The notes under the pieces: model-generated | Databases searched by the model: none | What the model was told of the DNA's origin: nothing | What the model saw: the letters and a program-made list of their open reading frames with translations, nothing else | Made by a program: the position numbers and the translations under genes | Shown: in pieces, positions 50,537 through 60,300 of the stretch | Numbering within the stretch: position 1 is the first letter of the stretch | How the letters are laid out: every line of letters starts with the position of its first letter | Source of the DNA: an uncultured Bacilli bacterium | GTDB taxonomy: Bacteria > Bacillota_I > Bacilli_A > RF39 > UBA660 | Direction of reading: 5' to 3' | Assembly: GCA_949025205.1 (NCBI GenBank) | Contig: CARMXJ010000003.1 | Span: 1-62,674, forward strand | DNA: 62,674 nt

Positions 50537-51736
50537 ATGAACAAATGGAATTTAATAACAAACTATTGCATATGGAAAATGAAAAATATAGCTGCTAAAC
50601 AAATACCTTTAGCAAGTAGTGGAGCATGTTATCAAATTGATGGTTACAGTTTTATTATTGACAGCAAATACGAACTACAATTTAACAAATTAATCTCTTT
50701 ATACCAAAATTGTACAAAACATTCTCTAAAAATAAAACTCCTAACTCTTTTAGCCAGTTTAAGTATTATTTCTCTTTTTACAACTACAAATGAAAATATA
50801 ACATTTACAAATAAACTAAAAGAAATAGTAGAAGATACAATAGACTCACATACTACTACAAATTCTTTTGCAAACATAGATATGCAATTAACTGAAAATA
50901 TAGTAAAAACAGCAGATAATCTAGCAAGAACAATAGAAACAAGAAATGCAGAAATAAAAAGCAATCAAAGAAAATATGACAGTCTTATTGAATTGAATTG
51001 TTACGATTTAAACATAGATATACAAACTAAAAACAAAATCATTACTTTAACAAATCAAATAGTAGAGATGGATAGAGACAATTTTGAAACGTTTTATCAA
51101 GAAAAATTATTAACTAAATTAGATAGTGCTGAGTCTCTGCAAACAATCCTTGATTATTTACAATCCAAAATAGGTACAAAAGGGAAAAAAGAAATAAAAG
51201 AATTAAAAGATATAGTTACCAAAATGGCAAATAGAAAAAATAGAGTATATTACGACATTCCCGTATATGACTTAGATTTTCAAGATTTTATTTATGAGAC
51301 AGCAACTTTTTATGATGTTCCATACAGAATTCCTTTTGTCATTGCTGAATTAGAATCAGGTGGTTCATGGAAATCAAACGGTGTACTAAGTAATGGAAAT
51401 TACGGACTTACGCAAATTAATTGGTATAATCTTGATTACATTGAAAAAAATTATGGATATAAAGAAATAGAAGTTCAAAACGATCCTTATATTAATATGG
51501 AATGCTGTATTCGCTTATTACATGATAAATTTCTTCCGGCAAGCCACTATGATAGCAATAACATCAATTACGAAGAAGTATTTGGTATATACAATCGTTG
51601 GGTGCTATGGCAAGATTATCCAGAAGCAATAGAATATGCAGAAAATGCCATAAACCTTTTAAATACCAAATACAGTGGCGATTTTGTAGTACAAGATAAG
51701 GAAGATACTTTAACATTAGAATTAACACAAAAATGA
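50537..51736 (+). CDS. Membrane-anchored lytic transglycosylase (SLT-domain) protein
   Basis: TM LLTLLASLSIISLF; C-terminal SLT motifs VIAELESGG and YGLTQIN. Confidence 0.65.
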   Translation: MNKWNLITNYCIWKMKNIAAKQIPLASSGACYQIDGYSFIIDSKYELQFNKLISLYQNCTKHSLKIKLLTLLASLSIISLFTTTNENITFTNKLKEIVEDTIDSHTTTNSFANIDMQLTENIVKTADNLARTIETRNAEIKSNQRKYDSLIELNCYDLNIDIQTKNKIITLTNQIVEMDRDNFETFYQEKLLTKLDSAESLQTILDYLQSKIGTKGKKEIKELKDIVTKMANRKNRVYYDIPVYDLDFQDFIYETATFYDVPYRIPFVIAELESGGSWKSNGVLSNGNYGLTQINWYNLDYIEKNYGYKEIEVQNDPYINMECCIRLLHDKFLPASHYDSNNINYEEVFGIYNRWVLWQDYPEAIEYAENAINLLNTKYSGDFVVQDKEDTLTLELTQK

Positions 51737-51893
51737 TAAAATAATGATAAAATAATGAAATTTGTCATTTTTATTTTATAAAAAATACTTTTCACAAAAT
51801 AAAAATAGCCAAGAATAAATGGGACTTTCAACTTGAATTAATCCCTAAAAAATGCAATATTTTAAAATACGACAGAAAATGGAAGATCTGACA

Positions 51894-53153
51894 ATGAATT
51901 CAAATAAAATAAAAAAGAAAATTTACAATTTAACACTTAAAGCAATAACGAAATATAAGAAAAACAATTGGCCAATATTTTTAAAATATCTTTTATTTAA
52001 GGTTTGTATTATTACGAATACTTTTTGCTTAGGGTTCACTTTTACAACAATGACTATGCCTTTTTGGCTAGATTTTATTAAAATGAACAATGAAAATAAT
52101 GACCTAGACAGTTACTATGAATCAATTCTTATTAACAGAAGCGATGATATAACGCAGTCAATAAAAAACAATGCGAGTGAAATAGCAAAAAATTATATTT
52201 TTGATACAAATACATTAGAATTAGAAAACGATTCAAAAAAAACAAATAATATTTCTGCTGTAGAATATAAAGAAAAATTGTTCCAAACAGACTTAGATTT
52301 AATTTTAGAAATAGCATGTATGTTAGAAAAATACAACATGACCTATATAGAACTAGTAGAACTTGTTCTAAATAACCCAGAATATAATCAAGAGTTACAA
52401 AATGTACTAGTCTCCAATCCGAATCTTACTACAGATAAATTAATAGCAATATTGCAAGGAAAAGATAATAGCTTACGAGAAACTTTATTTATTGGAGATT
52501 CAAGAACAAAAGGGATGCTTTTAAGCGGTGTAATAAGAGAGGATAATTCTGTTTATGGAGTTGGATACGGTTATAATTGGTTAATCGGTAAAGGCGAATT
52601 TTCCCCCAATAATACTAATGCATTAAATGGCGCAATTGATGATCTAAAAAATAAAATGGTAGAAGGGCAATTTTATAATATTGTTATTTGGCTAGGAGTT
52701 AATGATTATACTTATGTTGATGCTAATACTTATTTTGAAAAATATAAAGAATTAGCATTAAATGATTGGAATAACCATAATATTTATATTGTTTCAGTAG
52801 GGCCTGTAAAAGAAAATAGTAAAACGAATGTAAGCAACATAGGAATAGATAATTTTAACAATTCTTTAAAAGAGTTGACTGCAAATACTACTTTAGATAA
52901 TTTGAACTTTATAGACTTAAATTTAAATGAAAATTCTATTAAAAATTATGATACAGTAGGACTTCACTATGGTCCCAGCGATTATCAAAATATTTTCAAT
53001 ACATTAATAAAAACTATAACTAAAATGGATACTAAAGATATCCATAGCCTTTTGAATGTCTTTTATAATGCTTTAAATTCTTATGATAAAGTTTTTGATA
53101 ATAATGATGCTAATGAAATAATTTTAAGAAGGTTAAGAATACATAGAAAGTAA
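51894..53153 (+). CDS. Membrane-anchored SGNH/GDSL-type hydrolase
   Basis: TM region after a basic N-terminus; block I LFIGDSRTKG, block III IWLGVNDY. The start is uncertain (51852, 51879 or 51894). Confidence 0.6.
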   Translation: MNSNKIKKKIYNLTLKAITKYKKNNWPIFLKYLLFKVCIITNTFCLGFTFTTMTMPFWLDFIKMNNENNDLDSYYESILINRSDDITQSIKNNASEIAKNYIFDTNTLELENDSKKTNNISAVEYKEKLFQTDLDLILEIACMLEKYNMTYIELVELVLNNPEYNQELQNVLVSNPNLTTDKLIAILQGKDNSLRETLFIGDSRTKGMLLSGVIREDNSVYGVGYGYNWLIGKGEFSPNNTNALNGAIDDLKNKMVEGQFYNIVIWLGVNDYTYVDANTYFEKYKELALNDWNNHNIYIVSVGPVKENSKTNVSNIGIDNFNNSLKELTANTTLDNLNFIDLNLNENSIKNYDTVGLHYGPSDYQNIFNTLIKTITKMDTKDIHSLLNVFYNALNSYDKVFDNNDANEIILRRLRIHRK

Positions 53154-53176
53154 AGTATAAGCATACAGTTAAATAG

Positions 53177-53938
53177 GTGAAGAGTATGCATATTTTAATT
53201 CCTTTACTTATATCTACCATTGCAGGATTATCTACGACTCTTGGAGCATTTGTAATCTTTTTAAAAATTAAAGAAGAGAATATCAATAAATTTATTGCGT
53301 TTTGTCTAAGTTTTTCCATTGCCATTATGATCGGTATCAGTTTAACAGATTTAATTCCAGAATCTTTTTTCACTTTGTTAGACGAAAATAAAACAAAAGG
53401 ATTTATAACGGCTATTTTATCTTTTATAATAGGTATTTTTTTAATCAAATTGCTTATTATTTTTATAAACAAACAAAAGAAAAACACAACTAGTTTATAC
53501 AAATTAGGTATTTTAAACATGCTTGCTTTAATGCTACATAATTTTCCAGAAGGAATTGCCACATTCTTAAGTGCTTACCAAGATATGGATTTAGGAATAA
53601 AATTAGGAATTGCTATTATGCTTCATAACATACCTGAAGGTATATCTATTGCTGTTCCCCTTTATTATGCGACAAAAAATAAAAAACAAGCCATAAAAAA
53701 AGCCTTTATATCTGGACTAGCAGAACCACTCGGCGCAATTCTTGCTTTTTTAATCTTTAAAAATTTTGTAACGAAAAACTTTTTAAGTATTATTTTACTT
53801 TTAGTAGCAGGGATTATGATCACAATATCCATAGAAGAAATGTACCCAGAAGTAATAAAATGCAAAGAAAAAAAACTATTTATCATAGGAATAGCTTTAG
53901 GAATCATTTTAATTCTTATCAATCATTTTTGTTTTTAA
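53177..53938 (+). CDS. zupT: ZIP-family zinc transporter ZupT
   Basis: LHNFPEGIATF and HNIPEGISIAVPLYYAT motifs; 8 TM segments. Alternative start at ATG 53186. Confidence 0.85.
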   Translation: MKSMHILIPLLISTIAGLSTTLGAFVIFLKIKEENINKFIAFCLSFSIAIMIGISLTDLIPESFFTLLDENKTKGFITAILSFIIGIFLIKLLIIFINKQKKNTTSLYKLGILNMLALMLHNFPEGIATFLSAYQDMDLGIKLGIAIMLHNIPEGISIAVPLYYATKNKKQAIKKAFISGLAEPLGAILAFLIFKNFVTKNFLSIILLLVAGIMITISIEEMYPEVIKCKEKKLFIIGIALGIILILINHFCF

Positions 53939-54732
53939 AATTTAATTTGTATAGCATCAATTTCTCGTCCATAAATACCAGCATAGCCATCACTTGTATT
54001 ATCTACTTTAGAAACCCAAGAAAGCCAGTTTCCATTCTTTAAATGCACACGGTATATAGCTCCATAAATTTGGACACCGTCTATAGGGTTTTCTAAATTA
54101 CCAGCATAATCACTTCTGCCCACAACAAAAGGAAGCCATATGTTTTTTATTTTATCATGAACTCGGTATGTCAAATGATCAATGTATAATCCACTAATAG
54201 AATTTCCAAAATTTCCAGCATAAGAAAGAATTCCAAATCCTGCACCTACTATAATATTGCTTAACCATTTTTTCTTAACGAAATCGTAGGCTTGATAGGT
54301 AAGTTCTTTTTTATTTTCAAAAAAATTTTTTGTTAAATAAATAGTTGGATTAATTCTCTTATTATCTTTTATGACTTCAAAATGCAAATGTCTTCCATAC
54401 GCATTTCCGCTTTCTCCCATAACTCCTAAAGGAATATTTGCACAAATCCTTTCTCCTTTTTTTACTAAAATTGAGTATTTTTGTAAATGAGCATATCGTG
54501 TTTTAAAACCATTTTCGTGGTTTATTAAAATATAATTCCCATAACTTTCTATTCCACTGGAACCACGATTTCTATCTTTACCATCTACAAGTTCTTCTAT
54601 AATACCTGCACTATGAGCTTTCACAATATTTTCCTCTTCGTTTGGTTTACTTCCTAAATCAATAGCTAAATGTGTATTCTTAAATCCTTGTGTGATTCTC
54701 TTAGAACTATTGACTAATACTTTATCATTCAT
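53935..54732 (-). CDS. M23-family peptidoglycan endopeptidase with three C-terminal ChW-like cell-wall-binding repeats (endolysin-like)
   Basis: HLAIDL (HxxxD) and GRHLHFEV (HxH). Three ~40-aa repeats of the type Y(R/Q)VH...W(L)...YAG..G..IDxxQI. No signal peptide. Confidence 0.75.
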   Translation of the reverse strand: MNDKVLVNSSKRITQGFKNTHLAIDLGSKPNEEENIVKAHSAGIIEELVDGKDRNRGSSGIESYGNYILINHENGFKTRYAHLQKYSILVKKGERICANIPLGVMGESGNAYGRHLHFEVIKDNKRINPTIYLTKNFFENKKELTYQAYDFVKKKWLSNIIVGAGFGILSYAGNFGNSISGLYIDHLTYRVHDKIKNIWLPFVVGRSDYAGNLENPIDGVQIYGAIYRVHLKNGNWLSWVSKVDNTSDGYAGIYGREIDAIQIKF

Positions 54733-55004
54733 TATTTTTCCTCCTTTTTCATCATTGTTTTTAAAATAATGTTTATATTATGTAAAACATCATATATTCC
54801 TCCGGCAGTAATACCAGAAACTGCAATTGCCACTTTAAAATCACGTGTTAAAAACCATTCTGCAAGAGCCATAAATATTCCTATCAATAAATTTTGTATA
54901 GGAATTAAATAATCATTAAACCACGATAACTTTTTTGAAATTTTTCCAAGAAACCATGTGACTAATAATGAAACGGTGCAAAATAATTCAGTTGGTGTTT
55001 CCAT
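54732..55004 (-). CDS. Phage-type holin
   Basis: 90 aa with 2-3 TM helices and a charged C-terminus KTMMKKEEK. The stop overlaps the endolysin start (TAATG). Architecture resembles A118/Hol118-type holins. Confidence 0.6.
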   Translation of the reverse strand: METPTELFCTVSLLVTWFLGKISKKLSWFNDYLIPIQNLLIGIFMALAEWFLTRDFKVAIAVSGITAGGIYDVLHNINIILKTMMKKEEK

Positions 55005-55054
55005 TTACATTCTCCTCTCTAAAAGAAGAATAAAATGTCTTTTAAAATTTGTAT

Positions 55055-55097
55055 AGCAACCAAAAGTTTCGAAAAACTAAGGAAACTTTTGGTTGCT
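55055..55097. promoter_or_regulatory. Perfect 16-bp inverted repeat in the divergent holin / fibre-RHS intergenic region (bidirectional terminator or operator)
   Basis: AGCAACCAAAAGTTTC (55055-70), 11-nt loop, GAAACTTTTGGTTGCT (55082-97). Confidence 0.6.
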
Positions 55098-55191
55098 TGT
55101 TTATTTTAAAATCCTTTTTTATTCTGGAAACAGGAAGGAGGAAACATAAAAACAAAATCAAAAATTCATTTACAAAAAAGGAGGAGAAAAA

Positions 55192-57363
55192 ATGAATTTA
55201 GACGAATTATATTTTAAAGACAGTTTTACAAAAGAAGAAAACAAAATCAACCTAGAAGTAAACAAATTAACGCTAGAATGCTTAGAATCCAAAAATAAAA
55301 CTTTTAAGTTAGATGAATTAGGAAATTTAAGAGTAAAATCTATATCAACCATTGCACCAACTCCCGATATAGTAACACAGACAGGTGCAATTTATTTAAG
55401 TAGTAATAAAACAAATCCGGGTGAATACTTAGGAGGAATATGGAAACAAAAACGTACAAGTGCTTTGTTTGATAAAAAAGATTTAGATCAAGAGCAAAAG
55501 GAAATAATTGGAGCAAACCATATGACGTTTAACGCAAGCGAAAATAATGCAATAGTGTACAACATAGAAGGTAAGTGTGAACAAAAAAATGACCCTAGTC
55601 CAAATAACCCAAGTGAAATAAGAACAATAAAAGGGATAAGGAATTTATTTAATAAAGAAGAGGTTGAAAACGGTTATTTAAATGTTGCAAATGGTGAAAT
55701 TATTTTGAATAACGATTGGATAACAACAAATTTTATACCTTTAGAAAATAACACAGAAAATGTTACTATTATTGGAAACTCTGGTAACAAAGAAGGCTAC
55801 TGCTTTTATGATAATGAAAAAGCATATTTAATTGGCGGTAGTATGGCCTCTAATGTAAACAAAATAATATCTGTGCCTAACAATGCCAAATATTTTAAAG
55901 CTACAGTCAGCAAAGATGTAGTAAATCAATATGCGATCTATTTAAATCATTCTATAAATACTCACTATGTTCCATATGGTTCATGGTTAAAAAGTAAGGT
56001 AACGGGTAAGAATTTATTTGATTTAAAAACATACTTTGAATACAGCATAGCAATTGGTTGCACAAAAACTTTAATAAATAATGGTATTCAGTTAGACTTT
56101 ACTAACGGAGCAGATGCCTATCTTAATTTTGCAACTAACTCTACTGGTACAAACGAACTAAAAACAAGCGAAAAATTAAGGAAATCTTGTATTGAAGTAA
56201 GAGCAAATCAAGAATATACCATATCACTTAGTTCATCTCCAAAATGTTACATTAGTTTTTTAGATAAAAATTATGAGCCAACTGCAGAATATGTTAGGAT
56301 TCCTCAAACATATTCAAAAACATCTTATACATTAACAACTAACGAAAATACAAAATATATAATGTTAAGATTAGGAATACAAGATTCTAATTATACTACT
56401 TATTCTTTTAATGACATTCAACTAGAAGAAGGAACAGAAGCAACTGAATACGAACCATACAAAGAAAAAGAAATATTGATGGATATGAGTAAAGATAATC
56501 TGTTAAATACACCTTATACTTTTGAGAATAAATTAACTAACACAGCAACAAGAGACGATTTTTTTGCTGCCACCGATTATTATGCTGAACTAAAAGCGGG
56601 AAAAATTTATACCTTTAAATGTAAAACAGATGGTGTATTTGGAAAAGACGGAAGTGATACTTTAGAATGTTATTTATTGAAAGATAAAAAGTATGAATAT
56701 ATTATAAGATTAGGAACAAATCCTTTTTCCTTTACTGTAGCATCAGATGGAAAGTTTTATTTAAGATATGATATAAATCAAAATGGAAGAACACATTCTT
56801 TTTGGGACTTTGAGATTTATGAAGGATATAGTCCATACTATGAACTATATTCTACTAAAGATTTATCAATAAGAGATAGAATAGAAGTAGTAAGTGGGGT
56901 TTTAGAAAAACGAATAGGTAAGATTGTTTTAGATGGAACACAACCAATATCAGGTTTTGATACATCTTCCGAAAATACTATACGTATATCATTCAATAAT
57001 GTATTGTTGCAAAAAGCAAATATTGAAGAAGGAATAAAAAGTGTTTTATGTAATAGACTGTCATGTGTTTCAATGTGGGCTAAAGATACAGAAGGAATAT
57101 ACCTAACAGCAACGCACATAATTATTCGAATAAATAAAAGTACAATAGGAACAACAACCAATGAAATAAATACGTATTTAAGCAATCATCCTTTGGAAAT
57201 ATATTACGTTTTAGAAGAACCAGAAGAAATACAATTAACTCCAACAGATGTGCCATTATTTGAAGATGAAAATCATGTTACTTTACTTGAAGATGTAGAA
57301 ACAAGCACAGAAATAAAATATAAACCTTATTTAACAGTATATGTCTGGGAAAGGGTAGCTTAA
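55192..57363 (+). CDS. Phage tail-fibre / receptor-binding-like protein
   Basis: N-terminal LDELGNLRVKSI and TGAIYLSSNKTNPGEYLGGIWKQ (common in Gram-positive phage fibre/baseplate proteins); IQLEEGTEATEYEPY module boundary. RBS AAGGAGGAG. No signal peptide. Confidence 0.6.
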   Translation: MNLDELYFKDSFTKEENKINLEVNKLTLECLESKNKTFKLDELGNLRVKSISTIAPTPDIVTQTGAIYLSSNKTNPGEYLGGIWKQKRTSALFDKKDLDQEQKEIIGANHMTFNASENNAIVYNIEGKCEQKNDPSPNNPSEIRTIKGIRNLFNKEEVENGYLNVANGEIILNNDWITTNFIPLENNTENVTIIGNSGNKEGYCFYDNEKAYLIGGSMASNVNKIISVPNNAKYFKATVSKDVVNQYAIYLNHSINTHYVPYGSWLKSKVTGKNLFDLKTYFEYSIAIGCTKTLINNGIQLDFTNGADAYLNFATNSTGTNELKTSEKLRKSCIEVRANQEYTISLSSSPKCYISFLDKNYEPTAEYVRIPQTYSKTSYTLTTNENTKYIMLRLGIQDSNYTTYSFNDIQLEEGTEATEYEPYKEKEILMDMSKDNLLNTPYTFENKLTNTATRDDFFAATDYYAELKAGKIYTFKCKTDGVFGKDGSDTLECYLLKDKKYEYIIRLGTNPFSFTVASDGKFYLRYDINQNGRTHSFWDFEIYEGYSPYYELYSTKDLSIRDRIEVVSGVLEKRIGKIVLDGTQPISGFDTSSENTIRISFNNVLLQKANIEEGIKSVLCNRLSCVSMWAKDTEGIYLTATHIIIRINKSTIGTTTNEINTYLSNHPLEIYYVLEEPEEIQLTPTDVPLFEDENHVTLLEDVETSTEIKYKPYLTVYVWERVA

Positions 57364-60300
57364 ATGAAAGAAATAATAGATTTAAGAACTCCTAAAGAAA
57401 AACACTTTTTAAATGATGATGGTACATATACACTGTATGCATATGATATTCATTTTTTAAAAAATGGGAAATATATTGAAAAAAATAACACAATTATTGA
57501 AAAAGACAATTGTCTAACAAATCAAGACAATGATTTTTCTGTAACTTTTGCTACAAACTCTATTGATTGTTTATTAAAAGTAAATAAAGAAAATCAAGAG
57601 ATTAAAATTGATCTACCAAATAAAATCATAGAAAAAGAAATAACAAACAATCAGATTACTTATAAAAATATTCTACCAAATATTGATATTAAGTATGATA
57701 TTACAAATAACAAAGTAAAAGATACGATTTTATTAAAAGAAAAAAATAATGCTTTCATAAACTTAAAATATATAATAAAAACGAATTTAGTTTTAAAACT
57801 TGAAGAAGATGGATCTATTCAAGTTTTAAATAATGAAAATAGATGTTGTTTTTCAATTGCAAAACCCACTTTAACAGATAATCAAAATACATCTTATCCT
57901 ATTAGCTATCTACTTGAAAAAACAGAGAATGATTATTTATTAAGCTTTTCCATTCAAAAAGAATTACTTGAAAGAAAAGATTTATATCCACTTACCATAG
58001 ACCCTAGTATTGAAGTAAAAGAAGAGAATAGCGTAATAGATACTTATATCTATCCTGGAGATGAGGGAGTAAATCGAAATAATCAAGATAAATTAATAGT
58101 GGGGGTTGATCCAAATGGCACAATATATAGGGCTCTTATCAAATTTAACTTGCCTACCATTGGAACAGGATGCGATATAATAAATGCACAAGTTAATCTC
58201 ATGAGCCATCCTGAACTTGTAGATGGTGGAATGTTTCCTGAGGAAGAAACCTATTTAAAGAAACCGATTGATGTACATGCTATAAACACTTCTTGGAATG
58301 AAGAAACTGCAAATTGGAATACAATGCATGATAAAATTAACCAAAGAATAGAAGAATATTTTTTTGGTGAAAGAACAATATGGGTACATGATGGATATGA
58401 TTCACTAGGAAATATTAAAAAAGGTAGAGAACTAACATCTACTTCCTTTGATATCACTAATTTAGTTAAGCAGTGGTATGCGGGAAAAGAAAATAATGGA
58501 TTTATGCTTAAATTAGATAAAGAAACTTATGAAGACCAATATCGCGAATATTATTTTTATTCCAAAAACAATAACGCGGCGATAGAACATCAAATAGAAA
58601 ATCCAAAGCCATTCTTAGTTATCTCCTATCGCAATCAAACTGGATTAGAAAGTTATATGACGTATCAAAATATTTCTTTTAATCAAGGAACTTCTTACGT
58701 CAATAATTTAACCGGAAATATAACAAATGTATTTGATGTAAATCATACATTAGGAAACAAATATCCAATACAACTAAGTTTAATTTACAATACCAATGAT
58801 GTTGTTTTAAATAACCAATACAACTTAGCAAAAGGATACAAATGGAATTACTACCAAACAATAAAGGAAGTAGATTTTGATAATGTATGTTTAGAATATA
58901 TAGATGCCGATGGAACCATTCATTATTTTTATAAATACAAAGAAACAGAAGAATCCGAAGAAAAAATAATAGATGAAGATGGCTTAGGACTCACTGCAAC
59001 AAAAGAAGAAAATACATACACCATAACCGATAAAACAAACAATAAAATGATTTTTACCAAAAGAGGAAATACATATTACCTAACAAAAATTATAAATACA
59101 AAGGAAGATTTTATCACCATAGAATATGATGATAATAACCAAATAGATAAGCTTATCGATGGAAATCAAGAAGAAATGAATATCCTTTATGAAGAAAATA
59201 AAATAACCATAATAAGCAATTATCTTAGTACAACATTAAATAGAAGTGAAAATAAGATAATATCTTTAGCCAATAAACTTGGTACCACTTCATTTACATA
59301 TAATGATACCTATATTATTAATAAAATCACCGATACAAATGGAAAGAAAACCATCTTTTCTTATTATCCAATGAGCCCTTATCGTTTAAAAAGAGTAGCA
59401 GAATTAGGTCTAAACAATATAGAAGGAACATCTTTAGAATTTACTTATGAATATAATGTAACAAGAATAAAAGATAACAAAGGAAGAATCAATAGCTATA
59501 CTTTTAACGACCAAGGAAACACTACAGGAATTACCAATTTAGATACAGACGGAGATTTTAGAAATGGGTATGGTATTTTAAAAGAATACTATACTGATTT
59601 TGGAGGAACAGCTCCTCATTTAAAAAATAAATTAGCAATAGAAACAACACCTGCCAAATACACAAAAAATTATTTCATAGATTCTAGTTTTGAAAAAGGA
59701 ACTTACCCAAATACAACAACAGAAGAAGCAAGAACTGGTACACATAGTTTAAAAATAATAAACACCTATACTTTAAATTTACCACAAATACAAGAAGAGA
59801 AAAACTACACATTTAGTGGCTATATAAAAACAATAGAAACAGAAAACAAAATGGCTTTGTATTGTGGAGAAGAAAAAATCAAAGAAATAAAAATTGCTTC
59901 CTCTAATGATTTTAAACGATATAGTATAACCAGCGAATTAGAAACCACTAAAAATTACAGTATTAAAATAACATCAAATGGTATTCTATACATGGATGAT
60001 GTACAACTTGAAGAAGGGGAAATAGCAAATTATCACAATTTGATAGAAAATTCCGATTTTAAAGATAATTTCAACTATTGGAGTTATTATGGTGTTGATG
60101 CCAATGGCAACGATTTAGAAAACCAAGCAAGTATTGTTACTCTAGAAAATCAAATCCCTGCTTTAAAAATGCATTGTGACCCACAAACTTCTCATAGTAT
60201 TGACCAAACATTGCATATTAGCGGAAAAGCAAATGATATTTATCGTTTATCCTTTTGGTATAAAAATGAAGGAATCTATGCAGAAAACATGGCAAATGGC

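Noticed and set aside
53935-57363. Complete prophage
   Set aside because: Only a holin, an endolysin-like M23 enzyme and one fibre-like gene are phage-related. They are divergently oriented, and no capsid, portal, terminase, tape-measure, integrase or repressor genes are present within the ~8 kb upstream, which holds zupT, cell-wall enzymes and xerD. Downstream is an RHS gene.
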